Both the position numbers and the translations under genes were made by a program. A DNA stretch of 64,000 nt from Spirochaetia bacterium (GTDB lineage: Bacteria > Spirochaetota > Spirochaetia > SZUA-6 > Bin103): the NCBI GenBank assembly GCA_965203905.1, contig CBDBDQ010000005.1, forward strand, positions 576,001-640,000, given 5' to 3'. Below are positions 20,111 through 29,671 of the stretch, piece after piece (the first letter of the stretch is position 1; each line of letters begins with the position of its first letter). The notes under the pieces are model-generated. The model did not search any database. It saw only the letters and a list, made by a program, of their open reading frames with translations, and was not told the origin of the DNA.

Positions 20111-20857
20111 ATGGCTGTTGACGTATTGGCGGTGTGCGCACATCCCGACGACGCCGAGCTGGGCTGCGCCGGGTTGCTGCTGCGCTGCAAGGCCGCCGGC
20201 GCCCGCGTCGGGGTGGTGGACCTGACCCGCGGCGAGCTCGGCAGCCGTGGCAACGCGGCGCTGCGCAACGAGGAACGCGCCCGGGCAACGGCCATCCTGG
20301 GGATGGACGTGCGGCTCGACCTGGATCTGCCGGACGGCTTCGTGGAGCGCAGCGTCGAGTACCGAACGCGGCTGGTGGAGGTGATCCGCAGCGAGCGGCC
20401 GCGCATGCTGGTGGGCCCCTACTGGGAGGATCACCACCCGGACCACGTCGCCACCAGCCTGCTGATGAAGGACGCCTGGTGGTTCGCCGGCGTGGCCAAG
20501 CACCCCGGCGGCCCAAGTCCGCACCGTCCGGAAGCGATGCTGTTCCAACTGTCGCGCTACGTTGCGCGTCCCTCCCTGATCGTCGACATCAGCGAGCAGT
20601 TCGCCACCAAGGCGCGCGCCGTGACCTGCTACGCCTCGCAACTGCACCGGCCGGCGGCCGCGGACGCGCCGCCCGACGCCGATGGGGAGCCCGAGACCTA
20701 CCTCTCGCGGTCCGACTTCCTGGCCGCCTGGGAGGGTCGCCACCGCTACTACGGGCGCATGATCGGCGCCGAATTCGGAGAGGCTTACCTGATGCGCAAC
20801 CCGGTCCCGATTACCGATCCGATGACCCTGCTGGCCGGCCGGCCGGGGGTGATGTAG
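20111..20857 (+). CDS. bshB1: BshB1-like N-acetylglucosaminyl deacetylase (PIG-L)
   Basis: AHPDDAELGC, DLTRGELGSRG, HPDH, YASQ. Confidence 0.85.
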   Translation: MAVDVLAVCAHPDDAELGCAGLLLRCKAAGARVGVVDLTRGELGSRGNAALRNEERARATAILGMDVRLDLDLPDGFVERSVEYRTRLVEVIRSERPRMLVGPYWEDHHPDHVATSLLMKDAWWFAGVAKHPGGPSPHRPEAMLFQLSRYVARPSLIVDISEQFATKARAVTCYASQLHRPAAADAPPDADGEPETYLSRSDFLAAWEGRHRYYGRMIGAEFGEAYLMRNPVPITDPMTLLAGRPGVM

Positions 20858-21643
20858 ATGGCCGCGGCACCGGTGGCACTGGTGACCGGCGGCGGTCGCG
20901 GCCTCGGCTCCGGGGTGGCACTGGCGCTGGCGGCGGCCGGCTACTCGGTGGCGATCAACTACCGCGGCGACGCGGCGGCGGCGGCGGCCACCGCGGCGGC
21001 CTGCCGCGAGCGCGCCGCGGGTGACGGACAGCGCTTCCATCCGCTGCAGGCTGACGTCGCCGTGGCGGCCGACCGGGCGCGCCTGCTGGCCGCCACCCTG
21101 GAGCGGTTCGGCAGCGTGGAGGTGCTGGTGAACAACGCCGGCATCGCGCCGCGGCAGCGCGCCGACCTGCTGGAGGCCACCGAGGAGTCGTTCGCCGAGG
21201 TGCTGGCGACCAACCTGACCGGCCCCTACTTCCTCACCCAGGCGGTCGCCCGCCACTGGCTCGGCCAGCCGGCGGAGGCGGCCCGGCGCCGGGCCGTGAT
21301 CTTCGTCAACTCCATATCCGCCGCCTACGCCTCGGTGAGCCGCGGCGAGTACTGCGTCTCCAAGGCGGGGCTGGCCATGGCGCGGGAGCTGTTCGCGGTG
21401 CGCCTGGCGGAGGCCGGGATCGGCGTCTACGAGGTGCGGCCGGGCTTGATGGAGACCGACATGACGCGGGCGGTCAAGGAGAAGTACGACGCCCTGATCG
21501 CCGACGGACTGGTGCCGCAGGGCCGCTGGGGCACTCCCGAGGACGTGGGCCGGGCGGTGGCGGCGCTGGTCGGTGGCGACTTCGACTTCTCCCAGGGTAC
21601 GGTGGTGGACGTGGACGGCGGCTTCAGCCTGCTGCGCCTGTAG
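20858..21643 (+). CDS. Short-chain dehydrogenase/reductase
   Basis: TGGGRGLG, NNAG, YCVSK. Confidence 0.93.
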   Translation: MAAAPVALVTGGGRGLGSGVALALAAAGYSVAINYRGDAAAAAATAAACRERAAGDGQRFHPLQADVAVAADRARLLAATLERFGSVEVLVNNAGIAPRQRADLLEATEESFAEVLATNLTGPYFLTQAVARHWLGQPAEAARRRAVIFVNSISAAYASVSRGEYCVSKAGLAMARELFAVRLAEAGIGVYEVRPGLMETDMTRAVKEKYDALIADGLVPQGRWGTPEDVGRAVAALVGGDFDFSQGTVVDVDGGFSLLRL

Positions 21644-21663
21644 CATTCCCCGAGGTAACGCAC

Positions 21664-23049
21664 ATGAACATCGACACCGCACTGCAGCCGCACAACCTCG
21701 TTCCGGCCGTCGATTCGGCATTCGCGCTGGCGGCCGGCAAGATCCGCGACCTGGACGCGAACTGGGATCCCGCGCGCGGCGCACCCGTGTTCACGGTCGC
21801 GGGAGAGTACACCACCCGCGGCTGGACCGAGTGGACGCAGGGGTTCCAGTACGGGGCCGCGCTGCTCACCTTCGACGCCACCGGCGACGCCGGCCTGCTG
21901 GAGCTGGGCCGCGCCGGCATGCGCCGCGTGATGCCGGCCCACCTCACCCACGTCGGGGTGCACGACCACGGCTTCAACACCATGAGCACCTACGGCAACC
22001 TGCTGCGCCTGGCCCGCGAAGGGCGCTGGCAGGCTACCGCCGGCGACCTGGAGCACCTGCAGTTGGCGATCCGCGTCTCGGGCGCGGTGCAGGCCGCGCG
22101 TTGGATCCCGCTGCCCGACGACCTGGGCTACATCTGTTCCTTCAACGGCCCGCAGTCGCTGTTCATCGACACCATCCGCTCGCTGCGCGTGTTGGCCGCC
22201 GCACACGAGCTGGGCCAGGTGCTGATGGGCGAGCGCGACCGCCGCATCTCCCTGCTGCGGCGCCTGCTCCAACACCTCGAAACCACCCTCCGCTACAATG
22301 TGTTCTTCGGCGCCGGCCGCGACCACTACGACGTGCCGGGCCGGGTCGTCCACGAGGCGCTGTTCAACGTCAACAACGGCGACTACCGCTGTCCCAGCAC
22401 CCAGCAGGGCTACTCGCCGTTCTCGACCTGGACCCGCGGCCTGGCGTGGGCGATCCTCGGCTGCGCGGAGATGCTGGAGTACCTCGCCGAAGGGTCCCCG
22501 GAGGCGATCACAGAGGCGGCCGTTCCGGGACTGGCCACCCATGCCGAAGCGCTGCAGCGGGTGGGCACCGCGGCCACCGTGACCGCCGGGTTCTACCTCG
22601 CCAACAGCGCCGCCGACGGCATCCCCTACTGGGACACCGGCGCCCCCGGCCTGACCGCCCTGGGCGACTGGCGCGCCGCGGCTTCCGACCCCTTCAACGA
22701 CCACGAGCCGGTGGACAGCTCCGCCGCCGCCATCGCCGCCCAGGGCCTGCTGCGCCTGGCCATGCTGCCCGCGGCCGCCCGCCCGCCCGGCGCCGACCGC
22801 TTGCTGCCCGCCGGCCTCACAGTCGCCCGCACCCTGTTCGCGGAGCCCTACCTGGCCACCGACCCGGCGCACCAGGGCCTGTTGCTGCACACCATCTACC
22901 ACCGCCCCAACGGCTGGGACCACGTCCCGGAAGGCCGCCGGATCCCGTGCGGCGAGTCGTGCCAGTGGGGCGACTACCACGCCCTGGAGCTGGCCCTGCT
23001 GATCCGCCGCCTCGCCGCCGGCACTACCCTCCCCTGGCGGGCAGCATAG
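21664..23049 (+). CDS. GH88-like unsaturated glucuronyl hydrolase
   Basis: EWTQGF, HDHGF, QQGYSPFSTWTRGLAW, YWD, DSSAAAI, WGDY. Confidence 0.88.
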   Translation: MNIDTALQPHNLVPAVDSAFALAAGKIRDLDANWDPARGAPVFTVAGEYTTRGWTEWTQGFQYGAALLTFDATGDAGLLELGRAGMRRVMPAHLTHVGVHDHGFNTMSTYGNLLRLAREGRWQATAGDLEHLQLAIRVSGAVQAARWIPLPDDLGYICSFNGPQSLFIDTIRSLRVLAAAHELGQVLMGERDRRISLLRRLLQHLETTLRYNVFFGAGRDHYDVPGRVVHEALFNVNNGDYRCPSTQQGYSPFSTWTRGLAWAILGCAEMLEYLAEGSPEAITEAAVPGLATHAEALQRVGTAATVTAGFYLANSAADGIPYWDTGAPGLTALGDWRAAASDPFNDHEPVDSSAAAIAAQGLLRLAMLPAAARPPGADRLLPAGLTVARTLFAEPYLATDPAHQGLLLHTIYHRPNGWDHVPEGRRIPCGESCQWGDYHALELALLIRRLAAGTTLPWRAA

Positions 23050-23072
23050 CAGCCGGTTACGTGCGTGGCGGG

Positions 23073-23465
23073 TCAGTCTACCCGCGGCAACTGAGGCAGG
23101 TAGTCGAAGTGGCTGTCACGCGTAAACAGCGACAATTCGTGCTGCGCCGCGAGTGCGGCGATCCACAGATCATTTATCGGAATCGGTGTACCGGCAACTC
23201 GCAACTGACGAAAGAGCCCCGCGTAGTGGTGGGTAGTCGCCATGTCCGGACGAAGCACACGGACGCGCGTACGTGACAGGAACCTTGCGAGCACAGACTC
23301 GTTACTGGCCGACCGTGAGCCTATGACGAATCCCGCGCGGAGCTCGGCTACTACCATGATCGGTATGTGGATGACGTGGACTCGCCTGAATACTTCCACC
23401 GCGTGAGGCTCCGCGTCGCAGAAGTCGCGATACCGATTGGTATCGATGATGATCTCTACCGCCAC
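23073..23465 (-). CDS. vapC: VapC/PIN toxin
   Basis: IIIDTN, ELRAG, PINDLWIAA, TRDSHF. Confidence 0.93.
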   Translation of the reverse strand: MAVEIIIDTNRYRDFCDAEPHAVEVFRRVHVIHIPIMVVAELRAGFVIGSRSASNESVLARFLSRTRVRVLRPDMATTHHYAGLFRQLRVAGTPIPINDLWIAALAAQHELSLFTRDSHFDYLPQLPRVD

Positions 23466-23707
23466 AGCTCGGGGTCGACGACATCCTGGTCGGCGAGCGC
23501 CTGGTCGGTGTCGGGATCGTGCTGCCAGGTACCGATCAGGTCATCCAGGTCATCGAACTCTACCGGTTCCTCTGACAGGCCGAGACCGGCCTGCAGCGCC
23601 TCGATCGCCGCCTCGTTCAGGCTCTTTCCTTCCGTGCGAGCTCGCTCACGCAGCATCCTGTCGACGGAGGCCGGCACCTTGCGGATCGTGTACTGCGCCA
23701 TCTGCAT
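23456..23707 (-). CDS. Ribbon-helix-helix antitoxin
   Basis: QYTIRKVP..LRERA..GKSLN, acidic C-terminus DLDDLIGTW. Confidence 0.85.
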   Translation of the reverse strand: MQMAQYTIRKVPASVDRMLRERARTEGKSLNEAAIEALQAGLGLSEEPVEFDDLDDLIGTWQHDPDTDQALADQDVVDPELWR

Positions 23708-23723
23708 CTATCCTTAGCAGGCA

Positions 23724-23753
23724 GCATAGGCATGATGTGCATGCACAGTCAAG
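23724..23753 (-). promoter_or_regulatory. Sigma70-like promoter TTGACT-N18-TATGCT with operator palindrome TGTGCATGCACA
   Basis: Read on the minus strand directly upstream of the antitoxin. Confidence 0.6.
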
Positions 23754-23829
23754 GTGAGACAGTCGGTGCCGTCGGTGCTCGAGTCTCCGGTGCTTGGCGC
23801 TTTGCAAGCATATATGGCATCATTTCTCT

Positions 23830-24270
23830 GTGACCGTCACCCTCGATACGAACGTTCTGTTTCAGGCGTTCTGCAGTCGGTCGGGTGCGTCGCACGCGGT
23901 GTTTCGCTTGATTCGAGACGGGCATCTCCGGCTGGCGCTGTCGGTCCCCGTGTTCGAGGAGTATCGGGCTGTGCTCACCCGCCCCGAGAACATGGAGTTG
24001 ATGAATCTCGCTGCGGATCAGATCGAGACAATACTGCGATTCGTCGCATTTGTTTCGAGCCCAAGCCTCGTGTACTACCTGTGGCGCCCGAATCTGCGGG
24101 ACGAGGCGGACAATATGTTCGTAGAGCTCGCGGTGGCAAGTGAAAGCAGCCACTTGATTACGCAGAACACGAGAGACTTTGTGTCTGGCGCCGAGCTGAC
24201 GCACGATTCCTTTCGAGTTGTGACGCCGTATCAGTTTCTCGTTGAGTGGAGAGAGTCGTATGGGAAATAA
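23830..24270 (+). CDS. PIN-family toxin (TIGR00305-like)
   Basis: VTLDTNV, EEYRAVL, LWRPNLRDEADNMFVELA, ITQNTRDF. Confidence 0.9.
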   Translation: MTVTLDTNVLFQAFCSRSGASHAVFRLIRDGHLRLALSVPVFEEYRAVLTRPENMELMNLAADQIETILRFVAFVSSPSLVYYLWRPNLRDEADNMFVELAVASESSHLITQNTRDFVSGAELTHDSFRVVTPYQFLVEWRESYGK

Positions 24271-24535
24271 CACGCACACGCTGACGATCAGGGTTCCCGA
24301 AGTCCTGAAGAATCGGATCGAGCGGGTCTCAGCCCTGCAAGGCGTATCGATCAATCAGTTTGCCCTGTACGCATTCACCAAGGAGATCGCGGAACTCGAG
24401 AATCGTTCCTATTTCGACGCTATTCTAAGCAAGATCAACAAGAAACAGCTTCTGCGGGCGGTGGATGAAATCCTCGCCGCGGTCCCGGAACGACCCGTTC
24501 CCGAGTGGGATCGTTTGCCGGAAACGCGTTCCTGA
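24260..24535 (+). CDS. HicB-like/RHH antitoxin
   Basis: LTIRVPEVLKNRI..QGVSINQF..A..KEI; overlaps the toxin. Confidence 0.85.
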   Translation: MGNNTHTLTIRVPEVLKNRIERVSALQGVSINQFALYAFTKEIAELENRSYFDAILSKINKKQLLRAVDEILAAVPERPVPEWDRLPETRS

Positions 24536-24570
24536 GGCGAACCATGATTTTCGGACAACGCATCCGCGCG

Positions 24571-25665
24571 CTACCGTAGCGCGGGCGGCAGGTCGAGGCC
24601 GAAGCGCTCGGCGGCGGCGCGCAGCTTGCCGACCGTGCCGGCGGGCAGCGGGATGCCGTTGGCGGTGCGCTCGGCCAGCACCTGCTCCTCCGGCTGGCCC
24701 GGCACCAGCACCGGCGGCGCCCCGTCCACGGTGGCCAAGCCATTCATGGCGTCGGACAGCCGGTCGACGTCGCGCTTGAACGCCGCCACGTCGGTGAACG
24801 CGGCGATGTCTATGGCGGCGACGAAGCTGTTCTGGGTGCCGCGGCGCGGAGCGTCCTGGCCGCTGATCGTGGTGGCCAGCAGCGGGTTGCCGACCATCAG
24901 GCTCGACATGCACTCGAAGATGAGTGCCAGCCCATAACCCTTGTAGCCGGCGGCGGGACGCAGCAGGGCCGCCTGCGCCGGGTCGGTGGTGGGCCGGCCC
25001 TCCGCATCCAGCGCCCACTCCTCGGGAATCGCCACACCCTTGTCCAGCGCCACGTCCAGCTTGCCGCCGGCAGCAACGCTGGTGGCCATGTCCAGGCTGA
25101 TCGCGGGCCGGCGCGCGCCGGGCACGGCGACCGCGATCGGGCTGTTGTGGGTGCCGGCCTGCTTCGCCCCCGGCGGCGCCATGTTGGGCGGACTGCACAC
25201 CACGGCCAGACCGACCAGGTCGGCCGCCGCGGCCATCTGCGCGTAGTAGGCCATCGCCCCCTGGTGCGAGGTGTTGCGGATCAATCCCCAGCCGATCCCC
25301 ACAGCCTTCGCCTTGGCCATGACCCGCTCCATCGCCTGCACCGTCACCACCGGACCGAACGCGTGGTCCGCCTCCATCAACAGGGTAGCGGCGGTCTCCC
25401 GCTCCACCCTGATACGCGGACGCGGGTTCATCAAGCCGTGGTCCACCGCATAACTGTAGGCGGCGACGCGCTGCACCCCGTGCGAGTCAATGCCGCGCAG
25501 GTTGGCCCACACAAGCACCTCGGCCTCCGTGGCGGCGTCATCCTCGGGCATGCCGAGGCCCTCGAACACCCGCGCCGTGAACGCCTGCAGTGCCGCCGCC
25601 TCGATGGAACGCGTACCCAGGGACGAGTCGAAGCTCGCCGCCCCTTCCGTAACCCGATACTGCAT
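24571..25665 (-). CDS. Ldh_2 family oxidoreductase
   Basis: ANLRGIDSHGV, SHQGA, LDMATS, YKGYGL. Confidence 0.93.
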   Translation of the reverse strand: MQYRVTEGAASFDSSLGTRSIEAAALQAFTARVFEGLGMPEDDAATEAEVLVWANLRGIDSHGVQRVAAYSYAVDHGLMNPRPRIRVERETAATLLMEADHAFGPVVTVQAMERVMAKAKAVGIGWGLIRNTSHQGAMAYYAQMAAAADLVGLAVVCSPPNMAPPGAKQAGTHNSPIAVAVPGARRPAISLDMATSVAAGGKLDVALDKGVAIPEEWALDAEGRPTTDPAQAALLRPAAGYKGYGLALIFECMSSLMVGNPLLATTISGQDAPRRGTQNSFVAAIDIAAFTDVAAFKRDVDRLSDAMNGLATVDGAPPVLVPGQPEEQVLAERTANGIPLPAGTVGKLRAAAERFGLDLPPALR

Positions 25666-25719
25666 CTATTCCCCTCGCGCAGGATACCAGATCAGCCAGC
25701 TACCACCAGTTCGGCTGTT

Positions 25720-26832
25720 TCAGTTAAGAGGCCGCAGCAGCGGGATCTCCGGGAGCTCGTTGTGGAGGCGTTCGAACACGTCGACGCCGTCGCGGGTGAG
25801 CGCGGTGGGGTCCGCGAGCGGCAGGTCGACGCGCACCTGCTCCAGGCTCGACCAGCACGCCGCGGCCAGCACCTCGAAGCCGGTGTAGGCGTGCTCGACG
25901 TTGCACGGGTGGTCGGCCAGCGAGCCGTCGAGCCAGTCGGCGATCTGGGCCGCGTAGCCCTGCTGAATGCGCGGCGACTCCCACGTCCAGCCGGCGCCCG
26001 GATCCTCCTTCGAGTAGCCGGGGTTCTCACCACGCGTCCACTCGCCCTTGGTGGCACGGCTCTGCGTGCCCCAGATGCCGGTGTTCTCCGCCCACACCGT
26101 GCCCTCGGTGCCGCGCACGGTAAGCCGGTTCACCTGCCAGAGGTCCCCGGAGTCGTAGCGCGGCGCCACCCCGCCGTACTCGCCAAGACCGTACACGCCG
26201 CCGGCGAGCTCCAGCCGCAGCAGGCACAGGTCGGGCGACGGGTGGATGTCCTGGAGCTGGGTGCGGCCGTGGACGTGCCCCACCACCCACTGCGGCTGTG
26301 CGAAACCGCTGGCCCAGAGCAGGTAGTGGGTGTAGTGGGTGCCGCGGTCGGACAGGTTGCCGCTGGTGGTCGCGTGGATTTCCGTGGTCCGCCCGATGTC
26401 GCCGGCGTCAAGCACCCGCTTGAGCTGCTGGAACGAGCTGGTATAGATGTGCTGCTGGCACACTGTCCCCTTGATCCCGGCACCGCGGCAGAGATCGTAG
26501 ATGCGCCGCGCGTCGGCCAGCGACATGGCCATCGGCTTCTCGAATGCCAGACCGCGCACGCGGTGCTTCGCGGCCAGCTCCACCATCGCCACCCGCACGT
26601 CGGGCCGGGTGACGAAACAGAACAGGTCGGGGCGGGTCTCGGCCAGCATCCGGTCGGCGTCCGCGTACTGCGCCACGTCGAGACCGAGCTCCGTGGCGAC
26701 GGTGTGCATCCGCGCCTCGTCCAGCTCGCACAACGCCACCACCTCGAAGCGTTCGGGGTGCGCCAGCCACCCCTTGAGGTGTGTCGTCCCACGGTTGCCG
26801 CAACCTGCCTGCGCCACTCGTATCTTTCCCAT
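25720..26832 (-). CDS. Gfo/Idh/MocA oxidoreductase
   Basis: VAQAGCGNRG, FEKPMA, DRGTH. Confidence 0.92.
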   Translation of the reverse strand: MGKIRVAQAGCGNRGTTHLKGWLAHPERFEVVALCELDEARMHTVATELGLDVAQYADADRMLAETRPDLFCFVTRPDVRVAMVELAAKHRVRGLAFEKPMAMSLADARRIYDLCRGAGIKGTVCQQHIYTSSFQQLKRVLDAGDIGRTTEIHATTSGNLSDRGTHYTHYLLWASGFAQPQWVVGHVHGRTQLQDIHPSPDLCLLRLELAGGVYGLGEYGGVAPRYDSGDLWQVNRLTVRGTEGTVWAENTGIWGTQSRATKGEWTRGENPGYSKEDPGAGWTWESPRIQQGYAAQIADWLDGSLADHPCNVEHAYTGFEVLAAACWSSLEQVRVDLPLADPTALTRDGVDVFERLHNELPEIPLLRPLN

Positions 26833-26859
26833 GGTTCGGTCCTCCGGTGTCGGGTGATG

Positions 26860-27885
26860 CTATCGTGCCGTGGAGGGCTCGGCGACGCGTACCAACTGCT
26901 TGCCGATGTTCTTGCTGGTGAGCAGGCGCAGGAACGCGCCGGGCAGGCTCTCGAAGCCCTCCGCGATGTCGAAGCGCGAGCGCAGGAGGCCGGCGCGCTG
27001 CCAAGCGGCCAGCCGCTCGTACGCCTCGGCCGACCGGTGCGCGTAGTCGCCTGACAGAAACCCCTCGATGCGGGCGCGGGCGACCAGGATCCTGCGCATG
27101 AAGCGCGGCCCGATGTCGGGCTGCTCGAAGCGGTCGGCGAGGCTGATCGTGCCCACCACCACCACCCGCGCGAAGGTCGCCAGGTTCTGCATCACCGCGT
27201 CCAGAATCGGTCCGGCGGTGTTGTCGAAGTAGACGTCCACGCCGTTCGGGCACACGCGCGCGATGGCGGCGCTCAGGTCCGGCTCCGCGCGGTAGTCGAT
27301 GCCGTCTTCGTAGCCGATCTCGCGGCACCATGCCAGCTTCTCCGCAGAGCTGGTGACCGCGATCGCCCGGCAGCCGCACAGCTTGGCGATCTGGCCGGCG
27401 ATCTGACCCACCGATCCGGCCGCGGCCGAGATCACCACCGTGTCCCCCGGCTTGATGCGGCCGGTCTCCAGCAGCGCGAAGTACGCCGTGGGACCGTTGG
27501 TGCCCAGGGCATCCAGCCAATGCGGCAGGTCGGCCAGTTCCGGGTCCACGCGCTGCGCGGTTGCCGCCGGCACCGCCGCGTACTCCTGCCAGCCGGTGGT
27601 CGCCACCACCAGGTCGCCGGGACGATAGCCGTCCGCATTCGAGCGTACTACCTCGGCCACGGCCGCGGCGGTCATCACCTCGCCCAGGCTGACGCCGGCT
27701 GTGTAGTTCTGCTGCCGGCTGATCCGTCCCCGCATGTAGGGGGCGACATCGACATACAACGAACGTACCAGAAGTTCCCCCGCGCCGGGCTCCGGAACCG
27801 CTCCCTCCGATAGCGCCCAGTTGTCTTCGCTCGGCATGCCCTCCGGGTACGAGGCCAGCCGCCACTGCCGATTGCTCGTCGCCAT
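26860..27885 (-). CDS. NADP-dependent oxidoreductase (PGR/CurA-like MDR)
   Basis: VAPYMRGRI, SAAAGSVG, GVDVYFDN, NIGKQLV. Confidence 0.93.
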   Translation of the reverse strand: MATSNRQWRLASYPEGMPSEDNWALSEGAVPEPGAGELLVRSLYVDVAPYMRGRISRQQNYTAGVSLGEVMTAAAVAEVVRSNADGYRPGDLVVATTGWQEYAAVPAATAQRVDPELADLPHWLDALGTNGPTAYFALLETGRIKPGDTVVISAAAGSVGQIAGQIAKLCGCRAIAVTSSAEKLAWCREIGYEDGIDYRAEPDLSAAIARVCPNGVDVYFDNTAGPILDAVMQNLATFARVVVVGTISLADRFEQPDIGPRFMRRILVARARIEGFLSGDYAHRSAEAYERLAAWQRAGLLRSRFDIAEGFESLPGAFLRLLTSKNIGKQLVRVAEPSTAR

Positions 27886-27912
27886 GCGCGGCATAGTATC
27901 ATGGCCGTACCC

Positions 27913-28069
27913 ATGAAGGAGATGGCTCCGATCCGGCTCGGCGACCTCGAAGTTACCCGTGTCGAGGAGATGAACCCATCTGCACGCCACGCTGGTGCTC
28001 GGCAGCCACTTCGCACCCCCGACCGCGCGCATCGCCAGCGGCCCACGTACGTGTCGGGCTACGTATTGA
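27913..28069 (+). pseudogene. Vestigial MBL-fold hydrolase: N- and C-terminal stubs joined
   Basis: MAPIRLGDLEVTRVEEM followed out of frame by TLVLGSHFAPPTA.RI. Confidence 0.5.
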
Positions 28070-28140
28070 TCGCCTGAAGCCCGCAGAGCCCGCACGGCGG
28101 GATGTCAATCGCAGCGGCAAGCGTGTATCGTGCCCGCGAC

Positions 28141-29625
28141 ATGGGCCCCACGGAAATCACTGCACATACGAAGTTTCGGATTGCACCGGTCGATCCCCGC
28201 GTATTCGGCGGGTTCCTCGAGCACATAGGCCGGGCGGTGTACGAAGGAGTGTACGACCCCGACAGCGCGCACGCCGACGCCGACGGCTGCCGGGAGGACG
28301 TGCTGGCGGCCCTGCGGCGGCTGGACATGACGGCGATGCGCTATCCGGGCGGCAACTTCGTCTCCGGCTACCACTGGCAGGACGGTGTCGGCCTGCAGGC
28401 GAACCGCCCGACGGTGCGCGAACTGGCGTGGCAGAGCATCGAGCCGAACCGGTTCGGCACCGACGAGTACATCGGCCTGTGCCGGAAGATGGGCTGGACC
28501 CCGATGCTGACGGTGAATCTCGGGACCGGTACGCCGGAAGAAGCACGCGACTGGGTGGAGTACTGCAACTGCCCTCCCGGCACCCGCTACGCCGACCTGC
28601 GCGCCGCGAACGGCAGCCGCGAACCGCATGCCGTGAAGCTGTGGTGCCTGGGCAACGAGATGGACGGGCCGTGGCAGCTCGGCCACGTCCCCGCCGACCA
28701 GTACGCGATCCGTGCCCAGCAGGCCGCCAAGATGATGAAGGATACCGATTCCAGCATCGAGCTGGTCGCCTGCGGATCGTGCGTCATCACCCTGCCCACC
28801 TACATGGAGTGGGACCGGGAGGTGCTCACCCACCTGGGCGACCTGGCCGACTACATCAGCCTCCATCGCTACGTGGGCAATGCGAACGGGGACACGCCGG
28901 ACTTTCTCGCGGTCACGGCGTCGATCGATCGCCAGATCGAAGAGATGGACGCCGCCTGCCGCTTTGCGCAGGCCCGTGCGCGGGGCCGGAAGCGGGCCTT
29001 TCTCGCCTTCGACGAGTGGAACGTCTGGTACAAGGGCGATCAGACGGACGGCGCGGGCAAGTTCGCGCCGCACCTGGTCGAGGAGGTCTACAACCTGGAG
29101 GACGCGCTGGTCGTGGCCGGGTTCCTGCACAGCTTCGTGCGCCACGCCGACGTGGTGAAGATCGCCAACCTGGCCCAGATCGTGAACGTGATCGCTCCCC
29201 TCCTGACGCGCGGCGACGACCTGCTGATCCAGAGCATCTTCTACCCGTTCGAGATGTTTTCAAGGCGCCGCACCGGCGATGCGCTCCAGCTTGCGGTGGA
29301 GGGTCCGGAGTATGAAGGGAAGAGCAACGGCCGCGTGAACTACGTCGATGCCAGCGCAATACTCGACGGCAGCACGCTGCACCTCTTCCTCACCAACCGC
29401 AGCGTCGATGCGGCCGCGGACGTGACCCTGGCCCCGGCCGACGTGTCGATCGTGGGGTGCCGGAGCGCCGAGGTGCTGACGGGCCCGGATGCCGAGGCGG
29501 CCAATTCGTTCGAGCGAGGTGACGTCGTCAAGGCCGCGCCGTTCGAGGTCGCCACGCGCGCCGGCCGCGCGTACTGCCAACTGCCGCCGCTGTCGTTCGC
29601 GGCCATGTCGCTGCAATGCGGCTGA
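28141..29625 (+). CDS. Alpha-L-arabinofuranosidase (GH51)
   Basis: GGFLEH, RYPGGNF, LGNEMDGPWQ, FDEWNVWY, NLAQIVNVI. Confidence 0.95.
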   Translation: MGPTEITAHTKFRIAPVDPRVFGGFLEHIGRAVYEGVYDPDSAHADADGCREDVLAALRRLDMTAMRYPGGNFVSGYHWQDGVGLQANRPTVRELAWQSIEPNRFGTDEYIGLCRKMGWTPMLTVNLGTGTPEEARDWVEYCNCPPGTRYADLRAANGSREPHAVKLWCLGNEMDGPWQLGHVPADQYAIRAQQAAKMMKDTDSSIELVACGSCVITLPTYMEWDREVLTHLGDLADYISLHRYVGNANGDTPDFLAVTASIDRQIEEMDAACRFAQARARGRKRAFLAFDEWNVWYKGDQTDGAGKFAPHLVEEVYNLEDALVVAGFLHSFVRHADVVKIANLAQIVNVIAPLLTRGDDLLIQSIFYPFEMFSRRRTGDALQLAVEGPEYEGKSNGRVNYVDASAILDGSTLHLFLTNRSVDAAADVTLAPADVSIVGCRSAEVLTGPDAEAANSFERGDVVKAAPFEVATRAGRAYCQLPPLSFAAMSLQCG

Positions 29626-29671
29626 CCGGAGGCGGTCGGGAGCGCGCTTCCCCGGCGCCGCCGCGGAGGGC

